Of a stretch of 64,000 nucleotides of DNA, positions 9,713 through 18,999 are shown in pieces. A program made the position numbers and the translations under genes. Under the pieces are notes generated by a model, which made no database searches, was not told the DNA's origin, and saw only the letters and a list, made by a program, of their open reading frames with translations. The DNA is taken from contig CAIRTR010000299.1 in the NCBI GenBank assembly GCA_903881565.1, forward strand, positions 2,645-66,644, given 5' to 3'. The DNA comes from Oligoflexia bacterium. GTDB taxonomy: Bacteria; Bdellovibrionota; UBA1018. The stretch's first letter is position 1. Each line of letters starts with the position of its first letter.

Positions 9713-10519
9713 ATGAGTAGCGCGTTCACACAAAAACAGGTTATAAGAAAACAGGTAAAACATCAGATCGGTTTGGGGGCTATTTTCCTGGCCTTTGCCA
9801 CGGTCGTTTCACTGGCCGTTTCCCCAGGTGCCTTTGCTTTTACCTTGACCCCCATGTCTGTGAGTTTCGAGCCTTCGGGAAAAGGCGCGACTCAAGCATT
9901 CGTGATTGAAAATGATTCGGCCGAGAAGATCCCTATTCAGGTCTCAATCGCCCAACGCTTGATTACGGCAGAGGGAGAGGAGACCAATCCCGAGCCTCCC
10001 GAGCTTGAAAATCTTTTTTTGGTTTTCCCCTCCCAAATGATTTTAGAGCCTAAAGAAAAGCGCACCGTCCGGGTGAGCTGGAAAGGGGCTTCTCAGCCCA
10101 CCAGTGAACTCGCGTATCGGATTATTGCCGAGCAGTTGCCCGTGGATACGCAGAAGCCTAAGAATGAGCAAAAGACAGGGGCAATGATTCATGTGCTCTT
10201 TCGGTATGTGGGGTCGATTTACATTACCCCCTCTGGTTTAAAGCCTGATTTAAAGGTGTCGGCTGAAGCGGTACAAGGTCCCAAGAAAGTGCGAAAACTT
10301 CTCGTCCGAATTCAGAACAAGGGCGGGGCACATCTCGTCTTGTCTCGCATGAAACTTGTGCTGAGTTCCGGTTCCAAAGAAGTGGTTTTGAAGGGGGATG
10401 CGCTCAAGGCTTTTGAGGGGCAAAACATGCTGGCGGGGCTTACGCGTCGATTTACTTTTCCTTGGCCGGAGGGCTTGAATGTCACGGGACTCTCGGCCGT
10501 TCTAAAGTCTGATGACTAA
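9713..10519 (+). CDS. Fimbrial periplasmic chaperone (PapD-like)
   Basis: VFPSQMILEPKEKRTVRV, ELAYRIIAEQLP, IQNKGGAH; signal peptide. Confidence 0.9.
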   Translation: MSSAFTQKQVIRKQVKHQIGLGAIFLAFATVVSLAVSPGAFAFTLTPMSVSFEPSGKGATQAFVIENDSAEKIPIQVSIAQRLITAEGEETNPEPPELENLFLVFPSQMILEPKEKRTVRVSWKGASQPTSELAYRIIAEQLPVDTQKPKNEQKTGAMIHVLFRYVGSIYITPSGLKPDLKVSAEAVQGPKKVRKLLVRIQNKGGAHLVLSRMKLVLSSGSKEVVLKGDALKAFEGQNMLAGLTRRFTFPWPEGLNVTGLSAVLKSDD

Positions 10520-10535
10520 AACGTGAAATGTAGAG

Positions 10536-12992
10536 ATGAATAGCGTTTTAATTTTATCACTCACTTTCCTGTTTGTCGCAGCTCCTGTCTGGGCCAAAGG
10601 GCCTCAGATTCAGCCTATTCCCGTGCTTATTGATCGTTACAACGTGGGTGAAGTCGAGTGCGTTTTGCCCGAGGGGACAAAACTCAAAGTCCGATTTAGT
10701 GGACTGGAACCTTTGCTTTCTGAAAAGATTGAATCCCTGGTTCTGCAACGTCTGAATGAGAGGGCGAGGCTTGGCACCCCTGCTGGTTTTTTGGATGAGG
10801 AGGCATTTTCAGAATCCGGACTCGTCGTTCGTTTCGATGCTTCAAAGGTCGAGCTTCAAGTGGAGATTCCGGCCTTCTTGCGAAAACCGCAGCTTCATTC
10901 GTTTCTCTATGCTCAAGAGGAGCACATCTATCGCAATCCATTGTATCCCAGTGACTTCAGCGCTTATGTGAATGCCTTTGGGAACGAGGATTTTGTCTGG
11001 AATCAGACGTACGGCGTGAATGGTCGGCAACCCGTGAATCTTCAGTTCGAATCGGCTGCCAATGCCAAGGCCTGGGTACTGGAGGGACAGGCAGGATATA
11101 TCGAGTCCAAAACGACTCCATCGTGGCAGCGCGGCGATGTTCGCGTTGTTCGCGATTTGCCAGAAAAGCAGGTTCGTTTCGCAGGCGGTGATTTGAATTT
11201 TCCCGTCACCGGTTATCAGCGTTTTCGTCCGATGGCGGGAGTCATGGCCACTCGCAATTTTGATTTAAGGCCAACCCAGCTGAGTTTTCCAGTTGCGGAG
11301 CGGGAAATTTTTCTGAAGAATCGATCCACGGTTCGGGTTTACGTTAATGGTAACCTCGTGCGTACTTTGGATTTAGAAGCCGGCAGACACAAACTCACCG
11401 AACTGCCCTTGGGCGGTGGCGTGAGTGTGGTGCGCCTGGAGATTGATGATATTTTGGGGCGACATGAAACGATGCTTTTGGATTATGCCTGGGAATCCGA
11501 GCTTCTCAGGCCCGGGGTTTCTCAATTTACTTATGCCTTAGGGGTTCCTTCTGAGCGTGAGGGGGCACATTACAAGTATTCATCTAATGCCCTTACCGCA
11601 TCAGTCTCGCATCGGCTGGGCCTTACCGATCGCTTTACGGTGGGCCTAAATGGGCAAGGGGATCATACGCAATCCGTATTTGGCGTTGATCTTTCATGGG
11701 CTACGCCCATCGGTACTTGGAATCTTGACCCTGCTTATTCGCTTAAGTTCGGAGGCGTGCAAGGCGGGGCGTTTGCGGCAGCCTTGGCATCTAGACTGCG
11801 CTACACTTTCACGGATTACCAGGGGTATCGCTCGTCACCTCGCAGTCTGAGTATGGCGTTTGAAAAGATGGGAGAAAACTTTTTGCCACTCGGAATGCTT
11901 TCGCCGCTTAATCCGATATCCCAGAATTATTCAGCGCTTTATAGTCAGCAGCTTTGGATGTTGTGTGGGGCCTCTGTGGGATTTGATTATTCGTGGGCTC
12001 GCCCCAATTATGGATATGCGGCGAATCCTCGCTCAGTTAATTTGACCCTGAATCGCACATTTTTTTCGTCTCTGCAGAGCAGTGTCACGTTTAATGTGAA
12101 ACGCATGGAGAGTGCGCAGAATGAGCAAAGCGTGTTTCTCCTTTTGAGCCAGGCTTTTCCGGGGACCAACCAGTATGTGAATGCGGCGGTTGATACGCAA
12201 TCCAAGTCTTCTCATCTGGATTGGAGTACGGGCTCTCCGTCAGAGCCAGGGCGCGCTAATTTTGGGGCGCGCGTGGACGACACCTCCGGGACGAAAACCG
12301 GAGAGGTCCGTGCGGACTATACCGCAAATCGCATGCAGCTCGGGACGACGCAGACGGCGCTGCGATCTCCCTCATCGGCAAACACGAGTTATCGCTCAGC
12401 GCTGCGCGCGCAAACGGCGCTGGTTTTTGCGGGAGGACATCTGGCTTGGAGTCGCGTGGTGCGGGATAGTTTTGTGCTGGTCACACCGAATGATCGGCTA
12501 AGCAGCGAGATCATCGCGCTTAATCCCTCCAGCGATTCTCATTATCGTGCACGGGCGGATGGGTTAGGGGCGGGCGTGATTTCGGATCTTGCGTCTTATC
12601 GCCCCAGTGAGTTGCAGTTGGATCCCTCGATGGTCAGCCCTGGCTTATCGCTGGGCGAAGAGCGCTTCACGCTACTTCCTACCTATAAAAGCGGAACTTA
12701 TTTGAAAGTGGGGACCGATTCGGATCTGATTTTGTCGGGGACGCTTCAAACGTTTGAAGGAGCGCCGCTAGGGCTGGTCTCGGGTGAGATTGCGTGTCTG
12801 AGTGATACGAAGTGGAAAAATGTGACCTTTTTTACGACGCGTCAGGGGCGGTTTAAATTGGATGGATTCAAGTCCGGTTTATACGTGATTCGCCTGTTTG
12901 ATGAAAAGTGGGATACGAAGGCTTTTGAAATTCCCGCCCATCCGTCGGGGATTTTTGAAGTAGGCAAACTTCAGATGAGGAGTATTAAATGA
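10536..12992 (+). CDS. Fimbrial outer-membrane usher
   Basis: 818 aa; STVRVYVNG...LEAGRHKLTELPL, LLRPGVSQFTYALG, RLGLTDRFTVG; follows the chaperone gene. Confidence 0.88.
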   Translation: MNSVLILSLTFLFVAAPVWAKGPQIQPIPVLIDRYNVGEVECVLPEGTKLKVRFSGLEPLLSEKIESLVLQRLNERARLGTPAGFLDEEAFSESGLVVRFDASKVELQVEIPAFLRKPQLHSFLYAQEEHIYRNPLYPSDFSAYVNAFGNEDFVWNQTYGVNGRQPVNLQFESAANAKAWVLEGQAGYIESKTTPSWQRGDVRVVRDLPEKQVRFAGGDLNFPVTGYQRFRPMAGVMATRNFDLRPTQLSFPVAEREIFLKNRSTVRVYVNGNLVRTLDLEAGRHKLTELPLGGGVSVVRLEIDDILGRHETMLLDYAWESELLRPGVSQFTYALGVPSEREGAHYKYSSNALTASVSHRLGLTDRFTVGLNGQGDHTQSVFGVDLSWATPIGTWNLDPAYSLKFGGVQGGAFAAALASRLRYTFTDYQGYRSSPRSLSMAFEKMGENFLPLGMLSPLNPISQNYSALYSQQLWMLCGASVGFDYSWARPNYGYAANPRSVNLTLNRTFFSSLQSSVTFNVKRMESAQNEQSVFLLLSQAFPGTNQYVNAAVDTQSKSSHLDWSTGSPSEPGRANFGARVDDTSGTKTGEVRADYTANRMQLGTTQTALRSPSSANTSYRSALRAQTALVFAGGHLAWSRVVRDSFVLVTPNDRLSSEIIALNPSSDSHYRARADGLGAGVISDLASYRPSELQLDPSMVSPGLSLGEERFTLLPTYKSGTYLKVGTDSDLILSGTLQTFEGAPLGLVSGEIACLSDTKWKNVTFFTTRQGRFKLDGFKSGLYVIRLFDEKWDTKAFEIPAHPSGIFEVGKLQMRSIK

Positions 12993-13939
12993 GATCAGCT
13001 CTGTTTGTGTTGGGGGCTTTGTTTTTTGGGCTAGGGACAGAAGAGTGCTTTGCGGCTACCTGTAACCCGAATATCATCGCAAGTAGCGTTGTCGCGACGT
13101 GGAACTCAAGTTACTCATCGCAAGCGGTTACGTTTAGTGTGACCAATAATTCAAAGAATGCGTGTCAGTATTATTTGGGTTTTTCGCATGGAGGGGGGGC
13201 AGACTATGCTTCTCGGCGTTTAGTCAGTGGTGTTGATACGATCGGTTACCAACTTTACGGCGACGCGGGCTTGGGGTCTGTTCTAAAGACTCCGCCTGAT
13301 ACTCTTTCAAGTTCCGAAGTATTGGTGGGAGAATTTTTCCATACGGCAAGTCCAGGGGCTGTCCAAACGTTTACCTACTACCTCTCCGTGCCGCAAGCCG
13401 GGGTGTCCTCTCCGACTTGGAGGCGCTCTGGGACCTATGCGGATACCTTCACGATTCGCTTGTATAAGGGGTCTTTTGCTCCGGGAGCCGCCACGTCATC
13501 TGATTCGCAAAGCGTAACGATCAGCATGGTTATGCCGAAAATTATTCAGCTGGCGATGGTTCCTACCGGAGGCGCGTTTGATTCGGGTGCCACGGCGCTC
13601 TCGATGAATTTTGGGACGTTGGTCAACGGTGCGCAGGCGAGTTTTGATCTTCGCGTGACGACAAACGCAGGCTATGCCGTGTCGGTCTCTTCGACAAATG
13701 GGGGCGTGATGAAACATCAAAACCCGGCGGTGACGACGACCGTTCCGTATCAGCTCAATGTTTCTGGCAGTCCTGTGACGCTTTCGGGAGTCACTCCGGT
13801 GACGGTCTTAACGGGTGGCGGCCAAACGGCCACCGGTGGAGTGGTCGCACCCGTGGCGGTGACGGTGCTGGCCGTGGATAACCGGCTTGCCGGGTCGTAT
13901 AGTGATGTGATTCAGGTATCGGTTGCGACGACGGAGTGA
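12989..13939 (+). CDS. Two-domain spore coat U tip adhesin (CsuE-like)
   Basis: IGYQLY, GTYADTFTI and a second AGSYSDVIQVSV repeat; signal peptide; ATGA overlap with the usher. Confidence 0.8.
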   Translation: MRSALFVLGALFFGLGTEECFAATCNPNIIASSVVATWNSSYSSQAVTFSVTNNSKNACQYYLGFSHGGGADYASRRLVSGVDTIGYQLYGDAGLGSVLKTPPDTLSSSEVLVGEFFHTASPGAVQTFTYYLSVPQAGVSSPTWRRSGTYADTFTIRLYKGSFAPGAATSSDSQSVTISMVMPKIIQLAMVPTGGAFDSGATALSMNFGTLVNGAQASFDLRVTTNAGYAVSVSSTNGGVMKHQNPAVTTTVPYQLNVSGSPVTLSGVTPVTVLTGGGQTATGGVVAPVAVTVLAVDNRLAGSYSDVIQVSVATTE

Positions 13940-13993
13940 GGATGTCAAAAACTGATCGCTAAACACTTTCGCATTGAATGCCGAAACGTTGAC

Positions 13994-14410
13994 ATGGCAG
14001 CCGACGAAGTGAAAAGCCAATCGAGACATATTTTTAAGTCGGATGACGAGGTTCTCCTCCAATCACTTAAAGAATTCAAGAATGAGCGAGCCATATTTGT
14101 TCAGGAAGTTATCGAAGTTGATGGCGGATTCGCGTTTAGCGAAAGGCATTTTTTTGATCAGCACGCGGATATGAGTAAGTGGCTCTGGGATATACCGGGA
14201 ACCTCGAAATACGTGGCCGTCGCAGTGAGTGATACCGAGCAGATGCTGACCTATAGCGGAAAGAAGTTCGTAATGTCATATGCGAATATTGCTAGCAAGC
14301 CTGAAGTCACCTATTACGCGTCCTTCTCCAAGTTGCCGAAGTACAAGATCAACGAGAGCGCATTGAAAGAATCAGTTTCTGAAATTGTTAGCAGTCTTAA
14401 AGGCGAATGA
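13994..14410 (+). CDS. Hypothetical protein, possibly a 5'-truncated fragment
   Basis: 138-aa ORF with protein-like composition, no RBS; frame open back to the adhesin stop. Confidence 0.4.
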   Translation: MAADEVKSQSRHIFKSDDEVLLQSLKEFKNERAIFVQEVIEVDGGFAFSERHFFDQHADMSKWLWDIPGTSKYVAVAVSDTEQMLTYSGKKFVMSYANIASKPEVTYYASFSKLPKYKINESALKESVSEIVSSLKGE

Positions 14411-14777
14411 GCATTTGAAACTCTCGCTTTGCGAGATCTTTAAGTAGGGATCCTTTTTCTGCGGAGTTCAAAGTGGCGTATTCTTCTTCGATGAAACGGA
14501 GAATGTGCCGCACGAAAAGATAGATCCGGCCATAAAACTCGCTGTCTTCGCCCTCCCATTGATTTGAGTCTGTCTGTTGTTCCGCGAGATAAATGTAAGA
14601 CCCTGTTCGCCTGTCCCGAGCTACTAAGTGAAGAGCTATGTTGCCATTGGAGTTTTCGGCCCGTATGAGATCAAATTCGACTTCAACTGTCGGTCTTTTT
14701 AATTGAGGATTATCGCTCCTGACTTTTGAGGTGAGGCAGCTTACTATATTCCGAGTTTGGGAGGGCAAGTCGTGCAT
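14397..14777 (-). CDS. Hypothetical protein
   Basis: 126-aa ORF convergent with the previous one; no recognised motif. Confidence 0.4.
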   Translation of the reverse strand: MHDLPSQTRNIVSCLTSKVRSDNPQLKRPTVEVEFDLIRAENSNGNIALHLVARDRRTGSYIYLAEQQTDSNQWEGEDSEFYGRIYLFVRHILRFIEEEYATLNSAEKGSLLKDLAKREFQMLIRL

Positions 14778-14887
14778 TCTCGGTGCGTATGCGATCCCTG
14801 GGCCAATTGTGGGTAATCAATGGAGTCCTTAGTCGGTGTCGCTAACTTTTCGGTTTAAAGCGGTAATTCCTTTCGATCTGAATACAT

Positions 14888-16552
14888 TTGATTTTGGTAG
14901 CGCCTGTTTCTGAGCTCCGGAAGTCGTACATCCGGAGGTGGAAGCGGACCCTGGAGGTGAGGGTGCCAAATTTCTGGCAGTTTTCGCTCCCAAAGCTCGA
15001 AATTCCTCTTTGTCAGCTTAATTCATTAAGTGCATTCGATCTAAATTTATTCAGTTTTTCTCCCGATGAGTCCTTCGAGGGGGATCGCCTGAAAACGCCG
15101 TTTTGTAACCATCTTGCTGGTCTGATTTTGAGCCTAATGCTTTTGGGATTTGGAATCTCGGGCGCAATTGCGGGCCCAAAGCAAGCTGCGCCTAAGCAAG
15201 CTGCGCCCATTGATCAGGAAAAAGCACTTTTGATTCTGAATCCACATGATGCCCTTTCGGTTCGCGCTGATTTGTTCGCAAGTGCACAGAAAACTATCAC
15301 TTATTGCGTTTACGGCTTTTCCAACGATGCGACGGGTTTGGAAATGCTCACCCTGCTTCGCGATGCGCGCAGGCGTGGGGTTGCGGTGCGATTGATCGTC
15401 GATTACATGCACAACGAACTTCCCGTATCGATGATGCTCCATTTGAAGAATGAGGGCATCGAAATTCGTGAGTATCACGCACCCTCGTTTATGCGCCCAA
15501 GGGATTTCGGGAAGCGAATGCATGACAAGTTTATCGAAGTCGACACTGTTCACTCGATTACGGGCGATCGCAATGTGGGGGATATTTATTTTGGGCGAAC
15601 GGCCTCGCAATCAATGGTGAGTCGGGATGTGTATCTCTACGATCCTTTGCATGCGAGTGCCGCGCGAGAACATGCGGATCGCCTCTGGGCGAGCGAAGAG
15701 GTCACGCCTCCGAAACTCAAAGAGGTCACCGCCTATGACCTGAATGCGGCAAAGGATCGCCTTGATTTTGCGCGTAAGCGCTTGGTGGAACGCAAGCTCA
15801 TCAACAATCTGGGGTCACGCTCAGATCGATGGCTCAAGCATGCATTTAACGTAAAGAGCACTGAGTTTTTTTATGACAATCCCGGCCTTAAGGGCAAGCA
15901 GCCTGGAGCTGCAGAACGCGTCTTAGAAGGGATTCGAAAGGCGAAAGTCTCGCTGGTAATTGAAAATCCGTATATCGTGCTCTCGCCCGAATTTTTTCAG
16001 GAGCTCAAGGCGGCCTCGGAGCGAGGCGTTTCGATTGAGGTGTACACCAATTCTCGAAAAAGCCTTGATGTGCCTCTTATTCAAGAGGCCTTGGAGGAGA
16101 GTAAGCGCCGTCTTGCGAAATTGGGAGCGACCATTTGGGAGCTTCCGGGTGAAAACGCCCTGATTGACAATATGGAAAATGGTGTTGTGATTGACAAAAA
16201 GAAACCAAGGCTTTTTAGGAGCGCGCATTCACCCAATTTTGAAAAAAGAGTTCCTAAGTGGATTCGCTCCCAAGATGGATCTTCGCTTCATGCGAAAACC
16301 ATGATCGTCGATGGGGAGACCTCTTTTGTCATGTCATTGAATTTTGACCCTCGTTCTCACAAATTAAATACCGAAGTGGGGAGTATTATCGAAGGCAAAG
16401 AATTCGCAGCCGATCTACGCAAGGGGCAGATCGAAACACGAAGCAAGTCGGGCTACCTTTTTTTTGCTGACCACGGTCTGGTGCTTTGGCGTGACGATGA
16501 GGGGAGTTGTTTGCGGAAGGTGCTGAGTGTACTGTTGCGGAGTCATTTTTAG
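14888..16552 (+). CDS. Phospholipase D family protein (cardiolipin synthase ClsC-like); true start probably near 15137
   Basis: Two HKD motifs: HDKFIEVD and HAKTMIVD...SLNFDPRSHKLNTE; ENPYIV; signal-like segment MLLGFGISGAIA. Confidence 0.88.
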   Translation: MILVAPVSELRKSYIRRWKRTLEVRVPNFWQFSLPKLEIPLCQLNSLSAFDLNLFSFSPDESFEGDRLKTPFCNHLAGLILSLMLLGFGISGAIAGPKQAAPKQAAPIDQEKALLILNPHDALSVRADLFASAQKTITYCVYGFSNDATGLEMLTLLRDARRRGVAVRLIVDYMHNELPVSMMLHLKNEGIEIREYHAPSFMRPRDFGKRMHDKFIEVDTVHSITGDRNVGDIYFGRTASQSMVSRDVYLYDPLHASAAREHADRLWASEEVTPPKLKEVTAYDLNAAKDRLDFARKRLVERKLINNLGSRSDRWLKHAFNVKSTEFFYDNPGLKGKQPGAAERVLEGIRKAKVSLVIENPYIVLSPEFFQELKAASERGVSIEVYTNSRKSLDVPLIQEALEESKRRLAKLGATIWELPGENALIDNMENGVVIDKKKPRLFRSAHSPNFEKRVPKWIRSQDGSSLHAKTMIVDGETSFVMSLNFDPRSHKLNTEVGSIIEGKEFAADLRKGQIETRSKSGYLFFADHGLVLWRDDEGSCLRKVLSVLLRSHF

Positions 16553-16559
16553 GTTGGGC

Positions 16560-17615
16560 TTAGAACCCAACCCCAAAACCGAGACAATAGTTATGCTCTT
16601 GCGCGATTTGAGTCAGGTTGATCGATAAAGTTTGATAGCGAAGATCGATGAAATAATTGAGCTTAGATTGTGGCTTTTTGAGTCTCGTCTTGAGTCCGAG
16701 TTCAATCCAATGATTTGAGCCGAGGGCTAAAAAGGTGAGTCCGCCCCCTGAAATCAAACCGTATGAGAACCGAGGTTCAAGGTTCACGGTTTTACCAATG
16801 GAAAAAACTGATGCCAGGCTGCCGTAAATGCCGCTGTAAAGACTGATTCCTGTGGTGGCGCCTGAAACGGATCCGAGATGATAACCTAGGTCTAAATGAA
16901 GGGTGGGGCGGTTGATCTTTTTGATGAGGTCATAACCCGCAAAAATCAGAAGGCGAAGATCTGATGTCGAAGTTTGGCTGCTCCTGTTTGTAAGGGCGAT
17001 GAGAGATGAGGCAAGTGAGGTTCCGACGAGGGCGCGCTCTTTTAAGAAGGGGACGCTCACTTCAGCTTTCGCGCCTAGGGTTGATTGATTGATGGCCGCA
17101 TAGCCTGTTTCCAGATAGTTCGTGCGCGCAAACACGAGCTGGGTATCAAGATTAAAGGGGAGAACTCTCTTTTCAGTCACTGTTTCAGCCGGTGCTTTTG
17201 AGAGGTAAAAAAAGTTTCCGTAGGTTTTTCCCTTGTCGTCGATCATGACGAGCTCAATGTCCTGTGGGGTTTTTTCCATTTCAATAAGCGCTGAGAAATT
17301 TTGATCCGAGGCTTCAACAACTTTTTTGTTGATCACAAAGGATTGGAAGTTTCTTTTGAGTGCGCGGCCCTCAAGGAGAATTTCGTTGGGCGATTTAAGG
17401 ACGCAGTTTTTCCATTCAACCAGTGGCGAAATAGAAGTGCTCTTATCGAGAGAGAGCTGAAGGCGGCAAGCATCGTTTCGAAATGATTCTTTGAGCTTTG
17501 AGAGAGGTGGGGTTGAGGCTTTAGAAGGTGCGATCTTTGTGTCCGCGTGGAGGGGCTGGATAGCTGCGATGAACAGTCCAATCGTGCAAAGCGCGAGTAT
17601 CCGGCTTAAAGGCAT
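16560..17615 (-). CDS. Outer-membrane beta-barrel protein with N-terminal soluble domain
   Basis: Signal peptide; alternating beta strands; C-terminal LGFGVGF. Confidence 0.65.
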   Translation of the reverse strand: MPLSRILALCTIGLFIAAIQPLHADTKIAPSKASTPPLSKLKESFRNDACRLQLSLDKSTSISPLVEWKNCVLKSPNEILLEGRALKRNFQSFVINKKVVEASDQNFSALIEMEKTPQDIELVMIDDKGKTYGNFFYLSKAPAETVTEKRVLPFNLDTQLVFARTNYLETGYAAINQSTLGAKAEVSVPFLKERALVGTSLASSLIALTNRSSQTSTSDLRLLIFAGYDLIKKINRPTLHLDLGYHLGSVSGATTGISLYSGIYGSLASVFSIGKTVNLEPRFSYGLISGGGLTFLALGSNHWIELGLKTRLKKPQSKLNYFIDLRYQTLSINLTQIAQEHNYCLGFGVGF

Positions 17616-17679
17616 AGCTAATTGTTACCTAAGGGGGTTTGCGGGTAAAGGGGTTTATCAAGAAAGTTGAAAAATGAAC

Positions 17680-18744
17680 TCATACTCGCTGATACCTCGT
17701 CGTACGTCCAGCGCCCTGACGCTTGATCAGTTTGAGTTCGAGTAAGCGATTTAGAATCTGCTTTGCTGTAACGGTCGGAATCGATAGTGCTTCAGCGACA
17801 AGCTTTGTTGAGATTTCATCTGCGTTGTCGAAAAGTGCCAGTGCTTGTTGCTGATTAGAGGAGAGTAGGGAATCCATAGGTGACTTTTCTAGAAAGCCTC
17901 GTAAAACCTCAATCTGCCTCATCATCGCATTGACAAAAAAACGCACCCAGCGCGCCATTTCAGCCTTTGGAGATTTGCCGTCCTTTTGAGCGGTGCGAAG
18001 CGCGATGTAGTATTCGGTTTTGTGGTCCTCGATGATCTTTTCGAGAGATGCGTAAGGAATGTAGGTGTATCCCGATTTTGCGAGCAGAAGGTTCGTTAGA
18101 ATTCGACTGAGCCGCCCATTGCCATCATGAAAAGGATGGATGGCCAAAAACTCGACAATGAAATTTGCGATGACGAGGATCGGATGAAATTCTTCAGCCT
18201 GAAGTTGCTTGCGGGTCCACTCGATGAGTTCGCGCATTTCTGCGGTGACCAAGTGAGGTTCAGTGGGGTTGAATAAAACGGTCTGGCCTCCTGCGCGATC
18301 AAATGCCACCACTTTGTTGGGGGTCGATTTGTATTTGCCTCGGCTTTGTTTATCTTTGTCAGAGAATTTCAGGAGCTGAGAGTGGAATTGAAGAATGACT
18401 CCTTCACTAAAAGGAATGTCCCTATAGGAGTCGAAAACAGTCTGCAACACTTCGGCATAGCCTGCGACTTCTTGCGAATCGCGGTCTTTAAGCTTACTTG
18501 TCTTCAGCCCCTTGAGGAGTTTTTCAACTTCTGTGTCTGAGAGGGTGCTCCCTTCGATACGTGTGGACGCACCGGTGGAGGTGATGACAATGCTCCGCTT
18601 GAGGCGCCCGAGTGCCTGCGGGTTTAGAGTCGAAGTCCCGCGCCACCAGCCTTTGAACTCATCAATCCTCGTGATTTTTGTTAGGATGGAGGAGAGGTCT
18701 TTGCTGGACATGTTTTGCAGGCGCTGGCTTAATCGGTTCCTCAT
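17680..18744 (-). CDS. Fic family protein with C-terminal HTH
   Basis: HPFHDGNGRLSR, STRIEG inhibitory-type motif, C-terminal winged helix ending GAGRTTRY. Confidence 0.93.
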   Translation of the reverse strand: MRNRLSQRLQNMSSKDLSSILTKITRIDEFKGWWRGTSTLNPQALGRLKRSIVITSTGASTRIEGSTLSDTEVEKLLKGLKTSKLKDRDSQEVAGYAEVLQTVFDSYRDIPFSEGVILQFHSQLLKFSDKDKQSRGKYKSTPNKVVAFDRAGGQTVLFNPTEPHLVTAEMRELIEWTRKQLQAEEFHPILVIANFIVEFLAIHPFHDGNGRLSRILTNLLLAKSGYTYIPYASLEKIIEDHKTEYYIALRTAQKDGKSPKAEMARWVRFFVNAMMRQIEVLRGFLEKSPMDSLLSSNQQQALALFDNADEISTKLVAEALSIPTVTAKQILNRLLELKLIKRQGAGRTTRYQRV

Positions 18745-18747
18745 AAC

Positions 18748-18776
18748 TATATCCTATTATATCCGATTGTATCCGA
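18748..18776 (-). promoter_or_regulatory. Three GGATA boxes at 10-bp period overlapping the Fic -10 element
   Basis: tatcc at 18750, 18760 and 18770; minus-strand TATAAT lies within. Confidence 0.55.
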
Positions 18777-18999
18777 AACGGGAATTCTTTTAGACGAGGG
18801 ATGGCGTTTACGTGAGCAGTCCAATCGTGCGAAGCGCGCTTAGGCCACGGTTATGGTTTTTTGCTAGTGGATGATTTTATTAGTAAATTTAAACAATCAG
18901 GGTTCTTGTTTCGGAAAGGCATACGATTTGAGGGTGGGTATTTTGTGACTCATTACAATAAGCCCCGTGATTTGAGATACTTTCCCTACGGGGATTCAT

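Noticed and set aside
443..18744. TA pairs, Fic and PLD as a prophage or defence island
   Set aside because: They are scattered among housekeeping genes with no integrase or phage genes; the PLD looks exported and ClsC-like.
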